Positions 48,766 to 61,038 of a DNA stretch of 64,000 nucleotides are shown piece by piece. The DNA comes from Parasitella parasitica NRRL 2501 (Eukaryota; Fungi; Mucoromycota): the NCBI GenBank assembly GCA_025201805.1, contig MU619342.1, positions 44,376 through 108,375 on the forward strand. Direction: 5' to 3'. Made by a program: the position numbers and the translations under genes. The first letter of the stretch is position 1; the number at the start of each line of letters is the position of its first letter. The notes below the pieces were generated by a model. The model was given only the letters and a program-made list of their open reading frames with translations. It had not been told where the DNA came from and made no database searches.

Positions 48766-50735
48766 ATGTTGAAGCTGGTGCATAAAGTAAAGACTTATCT
48801 AGGGACATTAGGCAAATTTATCGGCCCTGGCTTTATGATAGCCGTTGGATAGTACGTACATCGAAGTTTCTTTTGCATTGATACCTTAAAATAATTATAT
48901 GTGTCCTTAGCTTAGATCCAGGAAATTGGGCCACTGATATGGAGGGTGGATCATCTTACGGCTATAGGCTTTTATTCATCATTTTAATATCCAACTTAAT
49001 AGCAGTATTCTTACAAAATCTTACCATTCGACTTGGCACCGTTACTGGCCTTGACTTAGCATCAGCATCTAAAAAATACTTTCCTCGCTGGCTCAATCTG
49101 ATTTTATACGTTTTGGCAGAATGTGCAATAATTGCCACTGATATTGCAGAAGTGATTGGCTCAGCGATTGCTTTGAATTTGCTTTTCCCCAAACTACCAT
49201 TGCCAGCAGGCGTTGCCATTACTGCTGTCGATGTATTTATCATCTTGATGTTTTACACCGAAGAAGCCGATGAACCAGATAACGATTCCGCCAATTCTGC
49301 CTCTGTTAGAATGGTACGTTTTTTCGAAATGTTTGTCATGATGCTGGTTGCTGCTGTTGGCATTTGCTTTATTGTTGAATTAGCCTGGTCAGATATTGTA
49401 ACCGTAGATGTTTTCAAAGGCTTTTTACCCACCAAAGAAATCTTTACCAATCCGGAAATCTTATATGTTGCTATTGGCATCATTGGTGCTACTGTGATGC
49501 CTCACAACCTCTATCTGCATAGCTTTATTGTTCAAGCTCGTTGTCGCGAATGGCGTTCACAACGCCCCAAGGTAGTCCAGAATGGAGAGACATGGCTCGT
49601 CAAGAGTGTTCCATTAATGAATAAGAATAACGGCAAGGAACCCATATTGGAAATGGTTGATCGCGTTGGTTCTATCAACATAGCAGTCGAAAAAGGGACG
49701 CCTCCGTCTCATACAGCCATCAATGTACAAAACGCTGACGAACAATCATATAAATCTCGAACCGGTATTGATTTTGAAACCCTCAAAACTTACTTGGATA
49801 CATCTTTGAGACGTAATTTACATTATGGATTTGTTGACTTGGTCGTTGCTCTTAGTTTTGCATTCTTTGTCAATTGCGCTATCCTCATCGTTGCTGCTGC
49901 TAATTTTTACTACGGTCCTGATAATCAACAACAGCAAGTGCAAGATTTGTTCAGCGCACATGCTCTTTTAATGCAATATTTGGGCCCCCCAGCTGCTGTT
50001 ACTTTTGCACTGGCCTTACTGTGCGCTGGTCAATCGAGTACATTAACTGCCACATTGGCGGGCCAAGGTAAAACCCAGGTATTAATGAGTTTTATATGCA
50101 CCTAATCACTGTCACTAGTTGTAATGAGCGGTTTTCTTGGTATGACGACTCGTCCTTGGATACGCCGTGTTGTTACTCGATTAATCGCCATCATTCCTGC
50201 CATGGTAGCAGCGTGCGTTGCAGGTCGTGAAGGCCTCAGTAGTATGCTTGTTGGTAGTCAAGTTGCACTGAGTATTCAATTGCCCTTTGCTGTTGTCCCT
50301 CTTGTCTATTTCACTACCAGGAAGCAAGCAATGAAATTAGAGCTTGTTGTGCAAGCGAAAAACATGGAGTCTGACCCAATTGCAGTTACTCCACAGGAGA
50401 AAATGTCTTTGCTTGATCGTACTATTGCTCGCTTCCGTTTCTCATCTTCAAAGTCGGACTGGTTCCGCTTTCCTCAATTCAGTAAAATGAACTTGGGCAC
50501 TTTGAAAAATTACTGCATTAAAGCAGGCTCTGCTGCAGCTGCAGAGAATGATTTCGGCTCGACAGGTACGTCCGTGGCTACTACGCCTGCAGTTGTCATC
50601 GAAGAATTGGATTCTTGGCCAGAGCCACTGATTTATGTGAATGGCATAGTTGTAAATGTAGTCGCTGTTCTCATATCCTTATTATTGATTGGTCTTAATG
50701 GCTATTTAGTTGTATCTTTATTCATGTCAATTTAA
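48766..50735 (+). CDS. NRAMP-family divalent metal (Mn/Fe) transporter, 3 exons
   Basis: FIGPGFMIAVG|LDPGNWATD, GATVMPHNLYLHS, AGQSSTLTATLAGQ, SQVALSIQLPFAVVPL. Confidence 0.95.
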
Positions 50736-51481
50736 TCATACCAAATAAATCATGTAGATCCTTTTTTAATACAGTCAACCTATATTGGATCCTTAAATGA
50801 AGGGAAATATGCATATTTTAAATGAGTCGGCCAATGTCATTGAGCAACGCTGCTTGAAATTTTCATTTTCATGCCATGATGATAATCTTGATACTTAAGA
50901 CTGCGGACACCATCCCCAGTGTAGGGATGTTAAGATGATTGCTTAATAAAGTTATTGTGCATTCATTTCGTAATATGTTTTGCACCCATTGGAAAATTCA
51001 TGATAATATTGGATAACATCAGCAAGAACAACTCCTGGAAGTGATACAGTTTAACTCGACTCTCACCAACCTCCAGTTACTGATAAAAAAAGTTACAGTT
51101 CGTCAGCAGGAGCAGCACCTGCTGTGTGCCCATGTTTGATTTACAGTCTCAGTTTTTTTTTTTGCTAATAACTAAAATTCTATATTCTGTTGGCACAAAC
51201 TTCAGCTAAAAGCAGCTTCCCAGCTTTCAGAGACGCCAGAGGCTTTGAGCATTGGACAACGATAAAACACCAAAATCTTGTGTTTTCGTTTATCTTTCGC
51301 CCGGCCTTTTCTTGATATCTTGTTTGTTCGAACCACTTTTCTTTATGTTTCAGTTTTTTTTAAATTCTATAGCTGAACTGTTGATTTTAACAATAAAGTT
51401 ATAAATGTGTAAATGTTTAATAGATATATCTAAAGATGTGTTTTATATGTGGGAGTGCAGTTTTTTTTTCTTGGATGTGAA

Positions 51482-53124
51482 TTACCAAGCTCCCCATTCG
51501 TCATCAGAATTGACATTGGCCTTCTTTTTAGTAGAGGGATTGGCTCTTGTGCGCACTGAATTGCTGTTTGTTGATCTATTCTTTGCCGGAGGAGTTGAAG
51601 CAGAAGTTGGGGTATACCTACCGCTAATATTTTCTTCAGTTGGCTGTAAATTATGAATTGTAGTATTGAAAAAATCATCGTCCGGAACGTCTGTTGTGTG
51701 GGATGAAGTCATGCCCGAGTAACGTAAAGAAGGTGTCGAGGATCCTGAGTCATTGCCGTATCCCTGATAAGAACTGTTGGTTTGACCGTATGACGAAGAA
51801 GAATTCTATAGTGAAGAAATGTAGAATTTAGCCTTTGTACAAGCATTGCCACAGAAATTTGGTTTACCTTGGGTTGGGTAAAAGCGCTTACATAGCTGCT
51901 GACATTATCTCTTACTTGCTCTCTAAAATTAGGATCAGCTAATTGAGCTGCAGCAGGTTTTACGTATGTGTCGTTTGCATATTTTCCAAGCTCAACAGCC
52001 GCCTTTCCAACATAAGATAAAAGAGACCAGCCTTTTTCAATTGCAACACGCGGATCGTTAATGATTTCATTTATATCGACAGAGGGAGCACTTGCAGTAT
52101 TTCTTCTGGCAGCATACTCGTCATCAACTATTCCACATGTATAAACATTCCCATAAAAAGAGGAGGGTAGTGACACTTTTTTTTTTACTTACATTGAGAA
52201 CTACCAAAACCTGTATATTTACCTCCTTGATTTGGGGGCAAATGTCTAGAGATCGTTATCAGCCATCCGCATGTAACCAAGAACCATTAAATAATACTTA
52301 CTCTGGTCTACTCTCATTTGCATTACCGAGCTGAGCAAAGTACTGTTCATTACGTAGCTTTCTACTGGCAGCATCATCATCAACTCTTCCAAATGAGTTT
52401 TCATTACTGCTGCTGTTGTTATTGTTGTTGTTGTTATAGGAGTCACTGCCATATCCACCCGACATTGAAAGTGAAGAGTTTGAACGCTGTGTATTTGCGG
52501 GGCCGGATCCAGGACGATTCAAAGAGCGGGTGCCACCATGGACAGATCTAGTTGATGTTGAAGATTGTTTTGCGGATCGAGTGGAAGGTGTAGGAGTCCA
52601 TGGACGGCCCTCAGCCTCTGCTGATAGCTTTAGATGCCTCAGTATTTTATGCATGTACAGCCCAACATTTTTGTTTATACCTTGTCACGATAGAGTTCAG
52701 CAGCTTGAGTCTGGTATTTTTCTTGTGCGGTCATGTTGGGCGAATAATCGGGTTGAGACTCAAAGAAGACTCGTGCCTTTTCGTTTCCTCCCAACTATAA
52801 AGCATAATCAATACAGGCACCAACAAGAGCAAATACGCGCATTACCTCCATCTTTTTTAACTGATCATCAAACCATTTATCCATGGTGATTGAGCGAACA
52901 AAACTATTTGGATTTTTGTTTAGCGCATCACTTTATAAAGTTTTCATGCATTACCTAATATGAACACCAAAAGAGCGGTGGACACCTGAACAATCTAAGC
53001 AAATGAAAATACCATAGGAAATGCTGGCCCACTGTGGATTGGGCGCTCGACAATCAAAGCAATTCTTATTTTCCCCAGTTTTTTGAATATCATACAGCTT
53101 TTTCTTGTACTCTGACCCTGACAT
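51482..53124 (-). CDS. GCS1: ADP-ribosylation factor GTPase-activating protein (ArfGAP1/Gcs1-like), multi-exon
   Basis: [38 protein letters not shown]|SFVRSITMD; NESRP; KGWSLLS; C-terminal DDEWGAW. Confidence 0.85.
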
Positions 53125-53718
53125 TTTTTTATGATTTTTTACAAAATGAAAAGAAAATAAAAGAAAGAAAAGGAAAAAAACGGGTGAGAGATGGCGGACA
53201 CAGTTTTTTCCACCTCACTTGAGATTCAGACTCTTTGAGCACGACATTTCAACAGCAATCCGAGCTTTGCAATGTGAATGATATCTTTGCTTTTTATTAC
53301 ACTATCATACGTAAACTTTATGGGTACCATCGCATAGAAATACACACTTCTCTGTTTTGCGGTTCTTGTATAGTAATTTGATACTCCCACCTGTGATATG
53401 ACACGCAGTTTGTGTTGGTATGGTTTGTTATTTGATTTTCAACTAAATTTCATGTAATACTTGGGAATTAAGTAAATACCATCCACTGCTACTCAAGAAC
53501 ATGAATAATAACTTTCATGTTGTCAATCATTCAATCTGTGGCAAATTAGTCCTTGGCTTATATTATGGAATTAATTTATATTGTGCAGCTTTCTTGCTTG
53601 TTTATGATCCACCAATATTCTGCATTTGCTGGATAACTAATTTGTTCGGAGCTTCTTGGAACTTCATAGTTGTTGATAAAGGCATGTTTCGGATACTCTT
53701 TTTTCTCCCAAACATAAA

Positions 53719-55517
53719 ATGTCTGCTACTTTCAAAAATAAAAAGGATAATCCAACCTACCAATATCAGACAAGAAACTCTCCTAATGCTTCAACCAATT
53801 GGGGAGATGAGGAATACAACGCAATCATTGAAGGTGTCAAGAGGGTTTACAAGACAAAAATCAAGCCGCTTGAAGTCACCTACAATTTTGAGGGTAAAGT
53901 CATGATGAACACAAAGCATGACAAATATTTATATTAACGTGTAATACAAGGTTTCCATTCTGCCCCTTTGACAGATTCGGACATTGAGGCAAAGCCGATG
54001 GTTTTGTTGCTTGGGCAATATTCAACAGTATGTGCATCTTTATCAAAATTCACCAAGTGCAGTAGCATCAACTTGTTGTTTAGGGTAAAACTACATTCAT
54101 TCGTTATCTACTAGATAAAAAATATCCTGGGGAGCACATTGGCGTGGAACCTACTACTGATCGTTTTTTGGCTGTCATGAACGGCTCTGAGGATCGCATT
54201 ATCCCAGGCAATGCAGCTGCTGTGAACCAGGAATTGCCTTTTCGTGGGTTGAATCACTTTGGCCAGGCATTCCTGTCCAGATTCCAGGTAAGCCAGCTGC
54301 AAACAAAGCAGATTTGAGATCAAGGACAAACCAACATCTATTAGGTTTCACAAACACCTTCACCCGTACTGGAAAATATGACAATAATCGATACACCTGG
54401 TATTCTAGCAGGTGATAAGCAACGCATTGAACGCGGTTACAATTTCACACAAGTGACAGAATGGTTCGCTCAACGTTCTGATTTGATTTTACTGATGTTT
54501 GATTCATACAAGCTCGATATTTCCAATGAATTCAAAATGGCCATCCATAGCTTGAAAGGACAAGAAGAGAAGATTCGAGTGGTATTAAACAAGAGTGACA
54601 TGGTAAGTCAGCAACAATTGATGAGGGTGTACGGTGCCATGATGTGGTCTTTGGGCAAAGTGGTGCAAACTCCCGAAGTTATGCGAGTCTATTTGAGTTC
54701 TTTTTGGTCTGAAAAACCCACCAATTGTTTTGAAGATTGCCGGGAATTGATTGAAGCCGAATCAAAGGATCTTTTAATGGACTTGAAACAATTGAGAAGA
54801 AATGCAGCCATCAGAAAAGTCAATGAGATTGTCAAAAGAGCCCGTTTAGCCAGAGTTCATGCCCTCATCATTGGACACTTGAAAAAAGAAATGCCATCCA
54901 TGTTTGGCAAAAAGAAGAAGCAAGGGAAGCTGCTGGAGCATCTTGATCAAGAGTTTATCAAAATTCAGAATAAATACCATCTACCCGCCGGTGATTTCCC
55001 TAATCCCGAGAGATTCAAGCAAAACCTGGCATTGTATGACATGGACAAGTTCAAATCGCTTAAAGAAGAGTTGCTTGAAAGAGTAGACGAGGCTCTTGCC
55101 ATCGATCTTCCTAGGTTGATCTCGCAATTTCCTACTGGAAACCCCGAGCTGGAGAAATCTCAATTGAACCCATTTGACATGTCCCAGAGCAAATCTGAGG
55201 AGGTTGTCGATGGCCAGCTGCCTTCATCTTTCTGGGACTACAGCAACTTGGACAAAAATTCGTATATGCCAACGTTCCAAAATTTACGTCCCAGGGATGG
55301 TATGGTGTCGGGTGCTAGTGTCAAACCCATTTTGATGGAAACTGGATTATCCAATGCTGTCTTGGCTGAGATATGGAGAATGGCCGATTGGGATAACGAT
55401 GGTTATATGGACGCAGATCAGTTTGGTGTAGCCATGCATCTAATCAAGGCAGTGCAGCTAGGAGCCCAGCTGCCTACTACATTACCACCAAGCTTGATGC
55501 CCTCGCATAAAATTTAA
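53719..55517 (+). CDS. EH domain-containing dynamin-like ATPase (EHD/RME-1/Past1), 4 exons
   Basis: KPMVLLLGQYST|GKTTFI, EPTTDRF, IIDTPGIL, VVLNKSD, LMRVYGAMMWSLGKV, C-terminal EH domain LAEIWRMADWDNDG. Confidence 0.93.
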
Positions 55518-55571
55518 TAGACACAAAAACAATAAAACCATATTCTAAGCGTATGCGATAATTTATTTTCT

Positions 55572-56591
55572 TCATGACAGTAGCACCAACCATGCAATTA
55601 CGAAATAAAACAGGAATAGTGGAAAGACCTGGCGAGAAAATGAGCACTTATTTATGTAAAAACGAGGAAAAGAAAATGAAACTTACAGCTAGTGCACGAC
55701 GTTTTTCCAGATGAGTTTGAGAATCTGACATAAAGCCAATAGAGGCAAAAGTCGACCACGCAAATGTCACTATACTAACAGGTAGTCTGACCCAAATCAG
55801 GCGCACAAATGTTGCTACAATGGCGCTAACGACAATTGGAAACAAGCAGTATCCCATGACACATACAGACTGAAAGAAACTGACGGCACCACCTAATAGT
55901 TTAGCATTCAATGTAACCACTGCTGCTCCCAACCACACAATGACAAATACACTTGTGAAAATTGCAACTGCCTGATTGTCGGGTGCTCTTACACTCAAAA
56001 CTCTTTCGCGTATATGTAAGCTGCCTTAATCCAACATCAAAATTTTCGTATCCTTACATTGCTAGTGTCAAACACAACAACAGTGGGCCCCAAAGATCCC
56101 CTACACGCACATTTTCATACCGATTAGTTAGTTGATTATGTCGCTCTCAGCATCAATCCAAACTTACAATCTCTCAATACATCACGGTCACCACTAGGAT
56201 GCAGTATTTGCAATAACTTGTTTCCTACCTTCTTCAAATCACGGGTCTAATAGCTTTGCATGTTAATCTGATGCTAAACAAGGTTGAAATTCGCATCGCT
56301 TACAATAGTAACTGTCACCGGTTCATCTAAAGTATCTTGACCAGTATATGCATTATATTGAGTTTGCTCTTGTTGTTGTAATGATGATGGTTGCTGCCTA
56401 CTTATATAAGATGCGCTTTTTGTATTGCCAGTAGTAATAGGCTGTGGTGCCTGTGCTGGTTCTGCATTTACGATTGATTGTCCTGTCAAGTCAAGATCAG
56501 GTTCTATGTAGGCTGTCTCTTGAAATGGGTTTACTGCAACTGAGTCTGCAAATGGGTTGTCATAATCTTGGTGCTTTGAAAGCGAAAACAT
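55572..56591 (-). CDS. Yip1-domain Golgi protein (YIPF6/Yip4-like), multi-exon
   Basis: DTLDEPVTVTI, RD|WDLWGPLLLCL, VVTLNAKLLGGAVSFFQSVCVMGYCLFP, RRALA|VFPLFLFYF. Confidence 0.9.
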
Positions 56592-57736
56592 TTTAATCAA
56601 ATGAAAAGAAACAAGACCAAAAATGTTAAACACTCCATAACTTATGAGTGTCACACCATTTCTGTTTTTGCAAAATAAAATAATAAGCAACTCAATTCAT
56701 TAAAAGTACGATTAATCAATCATTGTTCCAAATAGTCCAGACCTTAATGGTTTAGAAGAACAGCCTTGATAAAAATCAATTTTCGTTCACCAAAGTCTCG
56801 CTTTTTCCGAGCAATAAGTATCATTTCTCTAAAAGCACGTCAACATGTATTCCTCCTGACTGAATACAGTATCACATTTTTCAATTTTCAATGTACAATA
56901 ATTATTTTGATCTGTCCATAGAATATAGTCATTACCATTTATGTTAACCCAGTGTTTCTATAATTTTTGTAAATAAAACATAAAACCAGAAGTCAACGAG
57001 ATACGAAAACTTAAAGACACTTTATTTAAGATCGACATTGTATCTGCTATTTATACCTTTTACTATTACATAAATTTATGTTGACTTAGATTACTAATTG
57101 GTGAGATTAATTTCCGGTAACAATCTACTTGACAGGGTACGATGTATGGTTATACAACAATAGCCACCCGTCTTTGATCTAACAGCGCCTTAACCCTCAT
57201 TCAGGTAGTCAGATCTGTGCTACTACAGGAATAAACTTCTTGATTTGAAACAGAGGTTTTATTCCCCAGTTTACTCAAATGTACCGCATCACATCATTGG
57301 CTGTGATAGAGTACAATTATTTAGTAGAATGATGTACTATGTTAATGCCAATTTGGCATTTTTAATTGCTGATATTGCTATCTGGGCTATTACTTACTAT
57401 ATAATATACGTGGATATTGCTGGACAAGTAGTAATTGACAGCAAAATATGGAGGTAAGTTTATGATGAGAAAGTCCTTTATGATATAGATGTTGATCAGA
57501 AGTGCCAGATCAATTGTGAAGATAGTAAAACAGACTATGCTTTTAATTATAGTGATAATTAAGATCAAGCCTAGAAGAATTATAATTAAGCAAAATTTTC
57601 CACTACCGTTCCAATATCTGATAAAAGTTAAATCAATTTATAATAATTGAATATTCCATGTAAAATGAGCCATTAGGTAGTTTGAATAATTAAAATTGCC
57701 AGGATATCTTATTTATAATTATAGCAGATCAATAAA

Positions 57737-58200
57737 CTGATAATTTTATACATTTCGATAAAAACATGGAAGCCAATGGTATTATCAGATAGCGCCAAGT
57801 CAACGCCAAGTTTTCCAAGTTAGATCATGGTTCTACGGTTATTTTAGCAAAAGTTATGACAAATATCTAACATTTATGATAAACTATGAAAAAAAAAACT
57901 GTTTTCGCATATAACTTTTGATAGACACATCGCCCAGTGGACACCAACTTATGCTCATATAGCGATGATTATCCCTGATTGGATGGCGCATAAGACAGGC
58001 TTTGATTTGCTCTTTATCACAGCATATCATCGATTATATGCAATTCTGATATGTAAATTTGCGATAGCATCTGATAATTTTATAGATGTCAATAAAAATA
58101 TGGAAGCCAATGTCGTTGCCAGATAGCACCAAGTCAATGCAAAGTTTCGGAGTTAGAACTCGGTTCTAGGGTGATTTTAGCACAAGTTATGGGCAAATAT
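57737..58200 (+). repeat. Diverged ~130-bp direct repeat pair (57737-57866 and 58072-58200)
   Basis: Shared ctgataattttata..atggaagccaatg..cagatagc.ccaagtcaa..ggttcta..attttagca.aagttatg..caaatat. Confidence 0.75.
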
Positions 58201-58203
58201 ATG

Positions 58204-61038
58204 TGTTGCGCCAGTGTCAAAGTGCGCAGCGTAATGTTATGTAAATATGATTTGTATAAAGTAATAAAGACTTTTCTGAATAAAACCAGATACAAAACTG
58301 AAGACTTTTATTGACATAAGATATGATCTCTATTTATACTAAAATATATCCCAATCAATGTTTATCCACATAACATCTGATGTTTGACAAGAAGTGTCAA
58401 ATCTTATTAAATCACAGCATTTCCAGGACAGACCTATCTTTCTATTTTACATTAAAGAGATGATTGGGTAGGATGTCTTCCCGACATCCCGCGATCTGAT
58501 CTAGATGTATTCTTTGAATAAGCCTGGAACCTTGCAAGAAGTCCAATTACAACTTGTAGCTTATTCCTTATTTGTAAAAGAATTTCCAACAATTAATATC
58601 ATGATCCGTGCATTATGACTAAGTTAGATATGACATATGTAGCCTTTATATGGATACAACAGTCTTGTTTTCCAGCAAAAACAACTTATATTCTGAGAGT
58701 AGATACAAACAATCTATAACAACAATAATATGTCATAACCATAGTTTTACTATTTCCAATATTGATTGAAATCTTGTGTTGATGACGGAAATAAATCCCT
58801 CTTTTTTTTTTTTTCTAGGTTTGTAGGGGTTGGAATAGGTAGTCAACTTAATTTTGGAACTTTTCAATGTTTTTAGCGCCAATATAAAATGGATATACTG
58901 TATATTTCGAGGAGAAAAGCATCATGTTTATTGTCAGCATTGATGCAGTGTGATGTATCAATTCTAAAAAACCGGATGTCAATATAATATAAACTCATGC
59001 TGAAGAGTAAAACATCAGATCATAAAATAATATGACATGACATTTGGGATAGATACAATCTACCCTATCTCCCGGTTCTCATCATTAAAACCTTTATCCT
59101 CACATCGCTTCCTTCAGTTCATAGAAAGTATATAAACCCTCTATTTTTGAATGTAATAAACGGATCTTTACCTGACTAATTTTCTATTTGAACTTTTCTG
59201 ATAAATCACAGTGCATTTTATTTTTGTTCATGTAGTGCAGCTAGAGAGTATATATGCACTGCAAGTTATATGGCGCACGTTTCCCTGGTTAAAACGATTT
59301 GGTTATGTGACATAGATTACTATTGTATCATAATGCAAACTGTTTTTATTTCCAATTTTTCACTTTCTCTTCGTCTCTTTTTACGAAAAAAACCTTTAAT
59401 ATTACTATCGCTTACGATTGCAATAACAAAAGCAGATAAAACTCAATCAATTCAAAACGACGACAAATCCAAATTCATTCTGGATGGTGGATATGATTTG
59501 CCATATTGTAGGATAGGAGATCATGATAGTGTACTTCAATTAAAGATTGGAGATGATTGTCCAATGATGTATTGTTATACTTGTCGAAACAGGAGAATAA
59601 AGTCTTTGTTTCAAATCAAGAAGTTTATCTGTAACACAAATCTGTATGATTGACGAACAATAAGGTACTTTCAGATCAAAGATCAATAGCCTTGTAGTAT
59701 AATAATACATCGTGCCCTGTTAAGGATATCATGATGCTTGCAAGTTACTCTTATTATCGATTAGTATCGACTAGTGTTTCAAATAAGTCACCAAAAATTT
59801 ATGTAGTTGTAAAACGTATAAATAGCAGATGCAAAGTCGAATCTTTAATAAAGTAATTTCAAGTTTTCGTATATCGTTTAATTCAACGTTTTATTTTATA
59901 CTTTTCTTAATTTCGATCTTGAAGAGTTCAACATTGTTGATATCAAGATAGCCAAAATATTACGATATCCAGTGACAGTTAAGATATCATTCTGATTCTT
60001 GTTGTATCCATATAATGGTTACATATGTCATTAATTTAATAAGAAAAGTTCAATAAAAATTAGTCAGGTAAAGATCCGTTTATTACATTCAAAAATAGAG
60101 GGTTTATATACTTTCTATGAACTGAAGGAAGCGATGTGAGGATAAAGGTTTTAATGATGAGAACCGGGAGATAGGGTAGATTGTATCTATCCCAAATGTC
60201 ATGTCATATTATTTTATGATCTGATGTTTTACTCTTCAGCATGAGTTTATATTATATTGACATCCGGTTTTTTAGAATTGATACATCACACTGCATCAAT
60301 GCTGACAATAAACATGATGCTTTTCTCCTCGAAATATACAGTATATCCATTTTATATTGGCGCTAAAAACATTGAAAAGTTCCAAAATTAAGTTGACTAC
60401 CTATTCCAACCCCTACAAACCTAGAAAAAAAAAAAAAGAGGGATTTATTTCCGTCATCAACACAAGATTTCAATCAATATTGGAAATAGTAAAACTATGG
60501 TTATGACATATTATTGTTGTTATAGATTGTTTGTATCTACTCTCAGAATATAAGTTGTTTTTGCTGGAAAACAAGACTGTTGTATCCATATAAAGGCTAC
60601 ATATGTCATATCTAACTTAGTCATAATGCACGGATCATGATATTAATTGTTGGAAATTCTTTTACAAATAAGGAATAAGCTACAAGTTGTAATTGGACTT
60701 CTTGCAAGGTTCCAGGCTTATTCAAAGAATACATCTAGATCAGATCGCGGGATGTCGGGAAGACATCCTACCCAATCATCTCTTTAATGTAAAATAGAAA
60801 GATAGGTCTGTCCTGGAAATGCTGTGATTTAATAAGATTTGACACTTCTTGTCAAACATCAGATGTTATGTGGATAAACATTGATTGGGATATAATATTT
60901 TAGTATAAATAGAGATCATATCTTATGTCAATAAAAGTCTTCAGTTTTGTATCTGGTTTTATTCAGAAAAGTCTTTATTACTTTATACAAATCATATTTA
61001 CATAACATTACGCTGCGCACTTTGACACTGGCACAACA
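58204..61038. mobile_element. Foldback / long inverted repeat, ~1-kb arms (58204-59200; 60042-61038), ~840-bp spacer
   Basis: Arms are near-exact reverse complements; termini TGTTG...CAACA; no TSD or transposase seen. Confidence 0.85.

Noticed and set aside
58470-58505. Hairpin GGATGTC-TTCCC-GACATCC followed 11 nt later by CTAG, as a Helitron 3' end
   Set aside because: Followed by A rather than T, with no 5' TC boundary or RepHel; cannot be supported
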